NCBI GenBank assembly: GCA_964016885.1
Contig: OZ024742.1
Coordinates: 200,508,001 to 200,572,000, forward strand
Direction: 5' to 3'
Origin: Eledone cirrhosa
Taxonomy: Eukaryota
Length of the DNA stretch: 64,000 nt
The notes under the pieces are model-generated. The model saw nothing but the letters and a program-made list of their open reading frames with translations, was not told where the DNA came from and did not search any database. This document shows positions 48,080-61,535 of this stretch, piece by piece (within the stretch, counting starts at the first letter, position 1; the number at the start of each line of letters is the position of its first letter). The position numbers were made by a program, and so were the translations under genes.

Positions 48080-48395
48080 AAGGACCAACTCAAGTGTCAG
48101 CTGATCCAAGGCAATATTGATCACAGGGAATAGGAACATCTGGCTGAAGACAGAGAGAAATAGAGAGTGACCATCAAAACAGCTGTAGCCAGCTTTGAGC
48201 AGGGCAAGAAGGCAGCAGCTGAAGACAAACATCAAAGAAGAAAGCTGTCCACCACCCAACCAACAACTGACCAAGTATACACTTGCCCCAACTGTACCAG
48301 AGCCTGCAGGTCCAGGATTGGCTCTACAGCCACCACACGGAACAGGACAACAATTCGTCCCACTGATCTCGAGCGAAGAATTCGCCATTCCTTCA
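48080..48395 (+). mobile_element. RTE/BovB-like LINE 3' end interrupting a minus-strand SINE
   Basis: YTCPNCTRACRSRIG motif; SINE halves at 47965-48070 and 48398-48460. Confidence 0.7.
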
Positions 48396-48987
48396 CTTGA
48401 CTGGTACTATATTTTATCGACCTAGGGTGGATGAAAAAAACAAAACAAAAAAAACGGAATTTGATAAAACCTTTTCATAACAACACTCCCAGAACCAACC
48501 CTGTTTCTATGATAGCAAACTACTCCATTTAAAGGTTCATATCCATATTTAAGTTAAAATATTCCAGCATAACTATCTAGGAATCTTTTGTTAAGTTATG
48601 TTACAAATAATATTTTCTTCAGTAATTAACTGAAACATTGGATGTATTTCATTACAAAATATGGTCACGGAAGGATTAATGAGATGGCTGATACGGCATT
48701 ATTGATACTGTTGCAGATTTCAAGGTTCAGTAAAAGAGAGTTTTAAGCGTAGACCACATTAAAAAAAAACTGATCATAGTGTATTAGACTATTCTTATAG
48801 ATTTGGAAACCATTTTGAAATTTTGAAAATTTATTTTTTATGTAAGGGGTATTATAAATTTTGCACCGCAACATCTTGAAACGTTAAATTAAGCTCACAG
48901 ATCCAGCAGCAGTACCTTTGTGGATCCTTAGGTAACTAACCACGGGTTTGATTCAAATATTTAGTGAACCTCATCGGAAACAATATT

Positions 48988-49099
48988 TCTTCTTCTTCTT
49001 CTTCTTCTTCTTCTTCTTCTTCTTCTTCTTCTTCTTCTTCTTCTTCTTCTTCTTCTTCTTCTTCTTCTGCTGCTGCTGCTACTGCTGCTGCTGCTACTG

Positions 49100-49160
<61 letters not shown>

Positions 49161-49685
49161 CATCGCCACAAACTCGCATCACTAAACCAACCATCAATGC
49201 CACCGCTTCTTCCATCATGACAAACACCACTAACTATCCTCAATCAAACCAAACAACTAACACTAATACATTCTCAGGGCCACCACCAACGCCACCACCA
49301 CCTCGGCCAACACCGGCACCACCACCACTACAACCACCACCACCACCACCAACATAAACACTACGACCACGACCACGATCTTCACCACCATCATCACCAC
49401 CATCACCACCAACTACCACCACCACCACCATCACCACAAAACTCATTACCACCAACCTCCACCATCACCACTAACGCCGCCACCACCACCATCACCATTT
49501 CCACCACCATCTCACCACCACCATCATCACCACCACCACCACTACCGCGACTACCAGCAGCACCACCACCAGCACCACCACCACCACCAGCACCTACACA
49601 ACCACCACTACAACCACCACCACCACCAGCAGCACCAGCAGCACCAGCACCACTACAACCAACAGCAACATCATCATCACCAACC
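48988..49685. repeat. Compound trinucleotide tract (TTC)n(TGC)n(TAC)n(CAC)n
   Basis: Directly visible. Confidence 0.95.
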
Positions 49686-50124
49686 ATTTGCTCACCTCGT
49701 CTGCCTCAGCAGGAATTCGAATATAGTTGCCTTGGCAACGGTTGTGAAAACTGTGGAGTCTATTGAAAGTTCATTCTTTTTTGTTCTTGCCCTTTTGTCA
49801 TTGGCGGCGGCGGTGATGTCAGTTTTGTTGGAGGTGGTTATGGTGAAGATAGCGTAAAGTTTTGAAGTTTTGTGTGTTTGGGTGTTGTTGGTAGAGTTGG
49901 CTGTGGTTGGGTGTTGCTATATATATATATATGTGTGTGTTCGTGTCCCATGTACATCAATACTCATCCTTTTTTCAATTAAAAGTTGTTTTTTTTATCC
50001 CAACTAACAGACTAATTATTTTTAGTCAAATACGGGGTAAGCACATGTTACTACCTAATTTTCAAATTCGCTCGCGTTTGTAAACAAAGCCTGCTTTGGG
50101 ACTCCTTAAATATATATATACACA

Positions 50125-52566
50125 ATATATTAATAAATGGAACCTATATTTATAAAACCATATTTATTTTATTATATATATTTCAAGGGCAACCAAAGCA
50201 AATTATGGTGCGCTTTCATCAGATAAGATACAGATTTGTTTTATAAATAAATATTGACATGCCCGGAAAAAGACAACCTTAACGGTTGCAGCTTCCTGGA
50301 TAGTGGAGATAATATTTTATTGAGGGTAATACAAAGTTATGAGTGAGTATGCAAATGAGTGTCCGAAACGTTGAAAAGATAACGGTTTATTTAAATTAAA
50401 CTGCTAGAAGGGGATGATATGTAAGGGAGAGAGAAAAAAAAAGAAAAAAAGAAAAGGAAGGAGAAAGAGAGAAGAGGAAAGAAAGAACGATTATACAAAG
50501 TGATATTGAAGAAAGTCAGAATGAATGAAGAAATAAGTTTTAATGGAAAAATATACATAGCGTAAATATATCTAAGTGAAAGAAGAAGTGAAAGAAGAAA
50601 TAAGATTAACGTGGAAAAATAATATTTAGAATGTAGGGTTCATTACGTTGTGATTATAATATTTATAATGATAGGTTGAAAAATTATATTAAAATTAAAA
50701 ATTAGAAATCAAAATTAAAGATTAAAATTTGACTTAATATTAAAGATTTAATTTAATAATTTAATATTAATATTAAAAATTAAAAAATTAAAAAATTAAA
50801 AATTAAAAATTAAAATTAAAACAGAAGTATTTATATTATATTAAGATGTATTAGTAATAATATATTGGTTTATAAGGATTATAAATTATTTAAATAAATA
50901 TATAGTATTTTACATTAGAGAATAATCTAGTATAGTTTATTTTATTAAAGTAAGTTTGCAAAATTATATTTATTAATAGTTGTAAGTCAAAATTTAAACA
51001 TCCAAATAATTCTAAATTTATGAAAATTTACGAGAGTTTACAAAGGAATAACTACTTAATTATATTATAAAAACAGTAAGGAAGTATAAAGGAAGTTAGA
51101 AGTGATTTTTTAAGATCTCAAATGATTCCAAGGATTAAATGTTATAAAGTTAAAAATGTTATCTTAAGAATGTAATTATAAAACATATGTTATTTTATAA
51201 GAAGTCATAAATTTATCTTAAGAATATAATTAAAACATAAACCATAGGTTATTTTATAAAAAGTCATACTTGCTATAAAGTTAAAAAAATTATCATAAGA
51301 ATATAGTTAAAACATAAACCATAGGTTATTCCACATATATATAAAAAACCTATATATAAAAATCATGTTATTCCACATATATATAAATATTTGGATACAT
51401 ATATTAAAAATGTTTGAAGATATAAAAATATTGGAAGATATGAAAATAATGTTTTTTTCATATCTTTCAAAGGAACTTTCAAAGAATTTTCTAAAACCTT
51501 CCGAAAGTTTTTCAAGGAAAATTTTCCTTAAAAGAATTTCAAGTAGTCATATAAAAAAGGTTATAATCTATTGATAAGTGTAATAATATATTTATGAGGT
51601 AGAGATAATAGAAAGCAAATTAAATATATATGAATCATATATAGATATAATCTGAAGGATGATGTTGTAGGTGGTTGGATATAGAAAACATTATGTAAAG
51701 GAGATTAACCATATATTACCTTTTATATATATATTTAAAAGTTGAGTTTAAACGATGTCTGCAAGAACTAAATAAATTATTTCGCAAATTAATAGAGTTC
51801 TTACTTTTTAGTATAAAGAATATTTCTTCAACGTAAAGGGAGCAATTTTTGGATAGAGCCGTGTATGAAGGAGCTTTGGAGATAATTTCCCAAAATAAAG
51901 AATAGTTAATAAGTTCCATAATAAACTGAATAGAGAAGTTGAAGATTTTTTACGAATATTCGCAAAGGAACATTTATGGTTGAAACGAGATTTGAAGTCT
52001 GTAGAAGTTAAAGGAATTTTCATTGGTTTTGACATTACAATTGTATACTATATTTTTAACTAAACAGTTATTATTTAGGGGACAGTTAGATTTATTTCTA
52101 CAATTACATTTATCTGATTTTATATTATTAGGAGCGGTAATATTATATTGGATATTGCTAGAGGTATTAATGCCGTTCTGGTTAGGTTTTAAGTTTCTAT
52201 TATTAATTCTATTAATATTCTGCGCTAAATTCATAGTGCTGGAATATGAGAGTTTAATAGTATGTCTATTAAAGATTGAGTAATATCTGTGTGTCTTAGG
52301 AAAGCACTTATCTAGAGCTTTAAAAAATAATTTAGCTATAGGAGTTTTAATAGTTAATGAGAAAGGGGGAGCGAACAATAATATATTTCTAGTTCTATTT
52401 CTTCTTTTGATTTTCGAGTTAGTGCAAAGTTTCCTATTATAATTATATTTATAGTTATGGTTAATTGGCACATCCTTATTATCAATGTATTTAATTTCAT
52501 TACTATAGTCTGCTCTACTTAACGATTTTTAAGCTTGTTGAATCCCAACAAATTAAATATAAACTC

Positions 52567-52570
<4 letters not shown>
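50125..52570 (-). mobile_element. 5'-truncated Penelope-like element, family B
   Basis: Frameshifted GIY-YIG region (FAPPFS, CNCRNKSNCPLNNNCL..IVY, FKSRF.NH, CRH) at 51716-52534; long AT-rich 3'UTR; HHR at 50165-50230; short inverted tail piece 52535-52570. Confidence 0.88.
50165..50230 (-). ncRNA. Type I hammerhead ribozyme (family B)
   Basis: UAUCUUAU-CUGAUGA-A..U-GAAA-U-AUAU-AUA/AUAAAAUA. Confidence 0.75.
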
Positions 52571-52634
<64 letters not shown>

Positions 52635-52635
<1 letters not shown>

Positions 52636-53122
52636 GATATTAATAAATGGAAACTATATTTATAAAACCATATTTATTTCATTATACATATTTCAGGGAT
52701 ACCACAATAAATTATGGTATGCCTTCATCAGACAAAATACAATATATAACAGTTTTACAAATAGGTTTGACGTACCCTTTTAAAATACAATCATTACTTT
52801 TGGAGGCTGTCTGGATAGTGATTTGTTTATATAATTATATAAACAAATCACTATCCAGACAGCCTCCAAAAGTAATGATTGTATTTTAAAAGGGTACGTC
52901 AAACCTATTTGTAAAACTGTTATATATTGTATTTTGTCTGATGAAGGCATACCATAATTTATTGTGGTATCCCTGAAATATGTATAATGAAATGAATATG
53001 GTTTTATAAATATAGTTTCCATTTATTAATATCGTATATCTACTCCAAAAATTTGTCGAGTGCTTTATATCAGTTATAAAAATATTTACTTGTTGTATCC
53101 CAACAACTTTAAATAGAACTTT

Positions 53123-53126
<4 letters not shown>
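52635..53126 (+). mobile_element. 400-bp palindrome of family B pLTR plus 3' tail
   Basis: 52635-52834 is the reverse complement of 52835-53034 with no spacer and one mismatch seen; in (TA)n. Confidence 0.9.
52930..52994 (+). ncRNA. Type I hammerhead ribozyme (family B); twin on minus strand at 52675-52739
   Basis: UAUUUUGU-CUGAUGA-AGGcAUACCAUAA-uuua-UUGUGGUAUcCCU-GAAA-U-AUGU-AUA/AUGAAAUG. Confidence 0.85.
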
Positions 53127-53196
<70 letters not shown>

Positions 53197-53494
53197 AAAG
53201 AGGCGGGCCCCGAGGGCTGAGCTATTGTCATTTTGACAGCTAGTTTCAGCCTGGAACAACCTGTCAGGCCCTGTCTCTTTCTAATGTAGGGACACTCTAC
53301 TATCCTAAATACCGAATACTCCGTTAAATAATGGTCTAACTAGTTTGATACTGGTTTAATCCTGATACACACACACGCACACATAGATATCAGAACTCCT
53401 TTTGGAGTTGTAGAGTCACTTTTAAACCTGGCGGATCCCACCCCTCTCCAGGTCTGAATACAGCTGATTTTTTCTAAAGAGGAAGTATCGACCT

Positions 53495-53905
53495 CAGTAC
53501 TGGACTGGCACTTCTTTTTCCGACCTCGAAAGGATGAAAGGCAAAGTTGATCAGAGCGTGCAATGAGGTCGGACGAATACCGTAAAGCATTCTATCCGAC
53601 GTCTTAACGACTCTGCCAATTCGCCACCTATATATTCTTCAGGAAAGTTAACCAGGAACCTTTAAAAAATCTCCCCATCGAAGTTAACAAAGAACTTACT
53701 AGAACTGCAAAACCAAATTGTAAAATTATAATATAATTGTTTCTACATTTGGCACAAGGCCTGCAATTATCCAGTGCATTACTGGTACTTTATTTTATCG
53801 ATCCCGTAAGGATGAAAGGCATAGTTATGTCCCTTTACTCAGGCCTTAAAGGGACATAACTATGCTGGAAAGCATGGCGTCCGACCCTCTACCGATACTG
53901 CCAAT
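53495..53905 (-). mobile_element. Two Nin-domain SINE copies
   Basis: aaggatgaaaggcaaagtt core; accgatactgccaa head. Confidence 0.75.
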
Positions 53906-53968
53906 AATATAATAAAATAAAATAAAATTGTTTAGAACTACAAGTGAAGTCATTCTTTTCCCTTTTTA

Positions 53969-54017
<49 letters not shown>

Positions 54018-54409
54018 CCTTTGCGGTGGGGGGGGGGGGGGATTAAAAAGCACGTAACAGATAGTTCCACTTCGGTTTAATAATTAGTTTGGTGACTAAT
54101 GCATTCCTTGGTTAATTTAGTAACTCGGTGGCTATTTGTCATGTTTGTCTTGTTATGGCTTTGTTACATTTACTCCCTCCTTTCTTTAGAGACTGATAAC
54201 GATGATGATGATGATGATGATGATAATGTTAATAATGGTGATTATTATCATCATAATAATCATTATCATCACCAAGTTATCAAGACGGTGCCATACATTT
54301 TTTTGAATGTGTATAATATTATTGTTTGTAATATTTGATTTTGAGTATATACATACATACATAGGTATGCACGTACGAATGTACGTACGCACATACATAC
54401 ACACACATG

Positions 54410-54770
54410 ATGGCTGCCCCTCGTTATCGAGTATGGCCATTGCATGATTACTTAATTACTAATTATTAATTAATGCTATCGTGCAATGTCTGTGCGTAAA
54501 GATCTTTTTTAAAGTAAGAAAAGACTGTGCACTGAGCCGAACCCACTCTCTGAGCAACAGAAGCTATAACCTGAAAAGAGAAAAGATAAACATCATCGGT
54601 AACTACTGAGCCGCAGGTTTTATGTCGTAATCCCAGTTATCCCAGTTATCCCATTTTCCCGAGTTGCCTTCTCCTAGAAGAATGCCCTGACAAAGGCTAG
54701 GGGTCCATCACTCCCAGTGGTTTAACCGCGCGATTAGGTATCCAGGCCAATTATTTCTATGTCCCCCGCA
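54410..54770 (-). mobile_element. Bipartite RTE-derived element (second subfamily) in (TATG)n
   Basis: Homologous to 16320-16532; 3' end atggccatactcga..ggcagccat. Confidence 0.65.
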
Positions 54771-55244
54771 TACATACATACATAAATACATTCACACATG
54801 ATGGCAGCAACTTTGCGCTCGAGTATAGCCATCGTTAGAATTTTCAATGACGCTTCTGTATGTGTGTAGCACGCTTGTGACTTTTTAGGCCAGCAAGAGT
54901 CTTACATTCTTTGGCACAGATGTTACAGATATAGACTTTAGCTGATTAGCAGACTTTACAGCATCGTTGGCAGATAGTTATACCATACACACCATCGTAA
55001 TCGTCATCAGACCTATTCACATGGCCTCTTTTTGTGAATCTTTAATACAGCTTTGGTGAGACAGGTTCTCCCAGACTCATTGTCAGCTCAACTAGGTCTC
55101 CCACGCTTCCTGGCAATTCCACTTTGAAGCCCTTCTTCACATCACAACATGCATACATACATACATAAACCATGTATTTTCATGCATACAGATATAGATA
55201 CATACATACCTACTCACACACACACGCGCGCGTACCCTAGCTCA

Positions 55245-55324
<80 letters not shown>

Positions 55325-55331
<7 letters not shown>

Positions 55332-56021
55332 AATGAAAGGTATATAAAGTATTGTGGCAAGAAGCCAACAGTATTCCATAATATATAAGTGACTATAGCG
55401 TCAAAATGGGAAAATAGTTAACGTAAGATGTGGGAAAAATAATATAGATTTATCCAACAGAATTTAGTGAAATCCAGGGAAAAATCAATTGAGCCTTAAC
55501 TCATGATAAAATAAAGTTTAAAATACTCATCCTTCAATTTGGGACAACTACAAATGCTCTGTATAGTCTTGAAAAAGACTATTTCACGTAAACTTTCAGT
55601 GGAGATGGTCACGGTTGGAAGACGATCCTCAGCAGAGCTCAACACGATAGCTAGATTCTCACTGATTAATATGCCAAAAAGGGAATTTAAAAGCAGTCTA
55701 GTTTAACATCATGAGTGATTATGAAAATAAAACGCACATGTGGAAAAACAGGACTGGTGACGTCAGAATGAGACGAATGTCTGTTTACATGAAACAACAG
55801 TCAAAAACATTCCGAAAAAAACTCTACAATAAGGAGTTCAGCAACAAGCAATATTATCGCGGTTTTTAAAAAAAAAATACCGGGATTAGTCACAAATAAT
55901 TTAAGCACTCTAGGAAAGAAATCCGAGTATAAATATATAAATGAAAGTATTGTAGCAAGAAGCCAACAGTATTCCATAATATATAAGTGACTATAACATC
56001 AAAATGGGAAAATAGTTAACG

Positions 56022-56023
<2 letters not shown>
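55325..56023 (-). mobile_element. Non-coding HHR-bearing unit with 80-bp direct terminal repeat (retrozyme-like or partial-tandem PLE)
   Basis: 55346-55425 and 55944-56023 differ at 3 positions; period 598 bp; internal HHR; (TA)n on both sides. Confidence 0.75.
55556..55638 (-). ncRNA. Type I hammerhead ribozyme with stable stem III
   Basis: GCUCUG-CUGAGGA-U-CGU..ACG-U-GAAA-UAGUCUU-uuuc-AAGACUA-UA/CAGAGC. Confidence 0.88.
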
Positions 56024-56093
<70 letters not shown>

Positions 56094-56119
56094 CACACAG
56101 ACACACACAGACACACACA

Positions 56120-56213
<94 letters not shown>

Positions 56214-56229
56214 CACATATATATATATA

Positions 56230-56403
56230 CAGGTAAATTCAGTTATAACGAATACCATTATAACGAATTTTTCAGTATAACGAAATGTTTGACAATCCCC
56301 TACCACACCCTCAATGTGTTAGGTCGATTTCGTTACAACGAATTTTCCGTTACAACGAATTTTTTTTATAGTCCGTGAATTTCGTTATAACTGAATTTTA
56401 CTC
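56230..56403. mobile_element. Tigger/pogo-like MITE
   Basis: TIRs caggtaaattcagttataacgaa / ttcgttataactgaattttactc; internal ttataacgaa subterminal repeats; TA flanks. Confidence 0.75.
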
Positions 56404-56454
56404 TATATACCACATATATGTATATATATGTATATATATATGTATATATATATA

Positions 56455-59007
56455 CGATATTAACAAATGGAAACTATATTTATAAAACCATATTTATTTC
56501 ATTATACATATTTCAAGGATACCAAGTTAAATTATGGTATGCCTCCATCAGACAAAATACAATATATACCAGTTTTATAAATAAACATTGACGTACCCTT
56601 TCAAAATGCGACCGTTACTTTTGGAAGACATAAGGATACTGGTTTGTTTATTTTAGTAAGTCGTTGTTAAGGATAAGTAAAAAGACGGAGAGAGAGAAAC
56701 GTGGAGAAAAGAAAGGGAGAGATAAATAAAGAAAAAGAAGAAAGAAAAAAAGAAAAAAAGAAAAAAGAAAAAAGAAAAAAGAAAAAAGAAAAAAGAAAAA
56801 AGAAAAAAGAAAAAAGAAAAAAGAAAAAAGAAAAAGAAAAAAAAAAGAAAAAAGAAAAAAGAAAAAAGAAAAAAGAAAAAAGAAAAAAGAAAAAAGAAAA
56901 AAGAAAAAAGAAAAAAGAAAAAAGAAAAAAGAAAAAAGAAAAAAGAAAAAAGAAAAAAGAAAAAAGAAAAAAGAAATGTAGTTTATAATTGTAATGTTAA
57001 AACTAATTTAAATTCATTTAATTATGTCGGTTCTACCTCTACAGAATTTAAATCCCGCTTCAATAATCATAAAAACTCTTTTACAGATCCAAACAAAAAA
57101 TCTTCAACTTCGCTATCTAGCCTATTATGGGACCTAAAACGAGATAATGTTGAATATTCGCTGATTTGGAATATTATTTCAAAAGCTACTCCTTTTAACT
57201 CCTCTTCAGAAAATTGTGATCTTTGTATAGAGGAAATATTCTTTATATTAAAGACCAAAAATTCCCTTAATTTAAGGAATAATTTATACAGTTGCTGCAG
57301 ATATAGATTGAACTCAACGTTTAAATATAAATATAAATTTAAAATGTAGTATAATTAATTAAGTAATTTGGTTAATATATGAAACCTGTCGATAAATCAT
57401 TAGATTCCTTCACCTTTTTCATTTTCTTTGGTTAAGTACTCAAGTATAAATTTTCTTCCTAAATATAAATATAAATATAATAAACTATTCTAGAAAAGTT
57501 TAGCCTTTCAATATCTTGAATGAAATATACGTAAGATAAATCTCTATACTAAATATATTAAACATATTATTTTAGCTTAAAATATTCTATAATATTTTGA
57601 TATCTGTAGAATCCTTGTTTTTTAAGTTATATTGATATAATATGTTATTTATTTTTTATTAGGTTTGTTTTTATTCTGATAGCTTCTCATAATTTTCAAA
57701 AGTTTATCCTTTCAATATCTTGATTAAAATATACGTAAGATAAATTTCTATACTAAATCTATTAAACATATTATTTTAACTCAAAATATTCTATAATATT
57801 TTAAAATATTTTAATATTTTGATATTTGTAGAATTTGTTTGTCTTTTAAGTTATATTGATATAATTAGATTTCCAAAATATAATCCTTTTGTATTTTATA
57901 TACTCAATTGTACTATGTAATATATTGATGTATACTTATCTCTATACGATTATGTATCTATATATGTGTATTAACATACATATACATATGTTATATGCTT
58001 TTTTATGAGTATATGTCTGTCTGTATATATGCATGAGTGACGCGTGTCTACCAATTGGGTGAAGATGCACACACATATTTATATATATATAGCTAAGAAT
58101 TGTGTGTGTACATGTACATGCTTACCCATGCAGTTTTGATTGCAGATATGCATAATTTAACAGCCATAAATGCATGAAAGTTAATCCTATATATTTATAT
58201 ATATATATACTAAACATTTTTTATTTAATAACACAAGGAATGTATAGCAGTAATAAAAAAAAATCACTTATGCTTTGTATGTATACATTATGTGCGGGAG
58301 TAGATATAATGTGTATTTTCTGAGTGTGTGTGTATATATATATTTATGTATATTTGCCTATATGTACGTGCTATACGATAGGTAATTTCTCTAGCAATAT
58401 ATATATTTTGTAATGTTTAAATTCCAATTTTTAATATATTGATCTCAATTTTTAAACTAAATATCTAATCATAATTAAACAATGATTAATTTCTCATATT
58501 ATATATGTATATTCCATTCATGAGTATTAATATTTCTAATTTTATTTATTCATTTCATCTCAATTGTTAACTCAACTTAATATGACATGACTTAAGGTTT
58601 TCGTTCTCTCCCCCTCTCTCTATCTCTATATTTCTCTCTCTTGAGTTTTTTCTCTCTGTCTGGTGGTTTGATATCTCTCTGTTGTTTTCCTCTGTTTTCT
58701 TTTTTTCTTTTTTTCTTTCTTCTTTTTCTTTATTTATCTCTCCCTTTCTTTTCTCCACGTTTCTCTCTCTCTCTCCGTCTTTTTACTTATCCTTAACACA
58801 ACGACTTACTAAAATAAACAAACCACTATCCAGACAGCCTCCAAAAGTAATGGTTGTATTTTAAGGGTACGTCAAACCTATTTGTAAAACTGTTATATAT
58901 TGTATTTTGTCTGATGAAGGCATACCATAATTTAATGTGGTATCCCTGAAATATGTATAATGAAATAAATATGGTTTTATAAATATAGTTTCCATTTATT
59001 AATATCG
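56455..59007 (+). mobile_element. 5'-truncated Penelope-like element, family B, with inverted 5' pLTR
   Basis: GIY-YIG VVYNCNVK..YVGSTSTEFKSRFNNHKNSF..CDLCIEE at 56978-57349; 56455-56765 inverted vs 58697-59007; HHR cores at 56495-56559 (-, CUGAUGG) and 58903-58967 (+). Confidence 0.9.
58903..58967 (+). ncRNA. Type I hammerhead ribozyme (family B)
   Basis: UAUUUUGU-CUGAUGA-AGG..CCU-GAAA-U-AUGU-AUA/AUGAAAUA. Confidence 0.85.
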
Positions 59008-59018
59008 TATATATATAC

Positions 59019-59112
<94 letters not shown>

Positions 59113-59116
<4 letters not shown>

Positions 59117-59971
59117 ATTTACATATACACAAACTAGACAATATCATAGATAAATATATATATATATATGTTTTTGGCAACCATTCACGATGTGGCTTGA
59201 TGACGAATTAATTAATTAAATAATCAACAATCAGAGCAATATACAATAAAGTATGTCCATAGAATCATTTGAAAAATATACATACACTATCTCCTCCCCC
59301 AATCAGCATAATCAACCACATAAAAATCAATTAAACCAGGCTATAAGATTAAAAGGCACCTATGAAGAAATAATAGATAAATAAACGACACCCATCTAAT
59401 CGCGATCAACAGCTATAGAATATTTATCCAGCATTTCAATAGCACGTGGAAATCGATTAAATATATCATCAACCATACACAATTAGGTATAAAATCAAAG
59501 TTAGAAGAAAAAATGTATATATACATACCAAAATTACGTTTCTACCCCATGGGTTTTCATTCGCTTTTGGAAATATCCGATCAAGGATAAATTCACGAGC
59601 TTCGTAATCATTAGGAAACAAACTCACTTGGACGAAGATTTTTCTTAAATGATCCCCGCCAGAAACGAATTCAAAATAGCTAAGAACTGTGACGTGGCAG
59701 TGGTCACGTCAGAACGAATGAGATTGGTGCCTTACGGCAAGTGGGCTGGTTGCTAGAAAGCGCAGCCTAATATTGCCTAAATTGCATCTCAACCATATGG
59801 GAGATTATCAAATATAAAGATTTACATATACACAAACTAGACAAAGTCATATATATATATGTTAATCTTATAGCCTTTTTTAATTGTTTTTTTGTGTGGT
59901 TGATTATGTTGATTGGGAGAGGAGATGGTGTATATATTTTATCAAATGATTCTATGGACATACTTTATTGG
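59113..59971. mobile_element. Non-coding unit with 29-bp direct repeat (period 703) and an inverted copy of an internal segment
   Basis: 59113-59141 = 59816-59844; 59244-59352 inverted at 59862-59970; in (TA)n. Confidence 0.6.
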
Positions 59972-59974
59972 ATA

Positions 59975-60009
<35 letters not shown>

Positions 60010-60406
60010 TATATATATATATATATATACATATATATACACACACATATATATATATGCGTACATATATTTATTTATATGTGTATATATATATATATAT
60101 TTATATATATACATACGAATTGGTATGGTAAAAAGCAAATGAATTTTTGGCATCTAAAAGCATACATCTCCTTCTCACTAAAATACAAAAAAACAAAAAC
60201 GTAGGCAAAAATACAATCACAAGCAAAATACAACTCCCAACAGCCTAGAAAGGAATTCTGATCCCATCGTATGTACACGAATATCTGTATTGCATTTTTC
60301 TTTTATCTTTTTGCAATAGTCGTTATACATACATACACACTCACATTTATTAATATATCTATGTATATATGTATAATATATGTATATATATATATACACC
60401 CATTTA

Positions 60407-60451
<45 letters not shown>

Positions 60452-60619
60452 ATCTACATAACACATACATATATACACCTACATACATATATATATGCAT
60501 ATATATACATTTATATATACATATATATTTATGTTATCAATTAATGTTATATATATATACATACGATATATATATTTAAATATATATATATACTTATACA
60601 CACACACATATATATATAC

Positions 60620-60681
<62 letters not shown>

Positions 60682-60727
60682 GTGTGTGTGTATAATACAT
60701 ATATATATATAATACATACATACATAC

Positions 60728-60983
60728 ATGGTGGCTGCCAACTCGTTTTCGAGTACGGCCACTACTATCCATGTAGGAGAACCCCTACCGATGCGCTGAA
60801 CGAGTCTGACTTTTTAGTCCAGTCAGCGACTTGAAAACTCTGGTACAAACACTACACTTGTGACAATTATTGACACATAGTGCTGGGCCCATGGTACCAT
60901 GTGACGACAAGTGCAGAGAGATCTCCAGATATAAAGCAATGCCCGTGCTGTGAAGCTTTTATAGTGAGCAAAGGCACTGCACA
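60728..60983 (-). mobile_element. Bipartite RTE-derived element 3' part in (TATG)n
   Basis: Near-identical to 15138-15395 inverted. Confidence 0.8.
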
Positions 60984-61024
60984 ATGATACATACATACAT
61001 ACATACATACATACATACATACAT

Positions 61025-61115
<91 letters not shown>

Positions 61116-61462
61116 TACACATATATATATTTCCGTGTTTTGGTGGCTCGCAGCTACACCACACACCACATCATATTAGCAGATTTTAGCGTAGTGCCAA
61201 CTAATTGCTTTTTATTTTCTTAATAATATATAGTAGTTTAATTACTCAACTGAATTATATAATGTCTTTTTTTAAATGTCTACGTCTGTGTTTTCTGAAA
61301 GGTGTGTAGGGTGGATGTAGGAAAGACAGGCGCCAGGAAAATGTGATAATATTATATCATTTTATCACATCTCATCTCCTCAACATAACCTCTCAGCTAA
61401 AAACTCATACACACATTCATACCGCACACTCATATATATAATGAACACACACACACACATAC

Positions 61463-61535
<73 letters not shown>

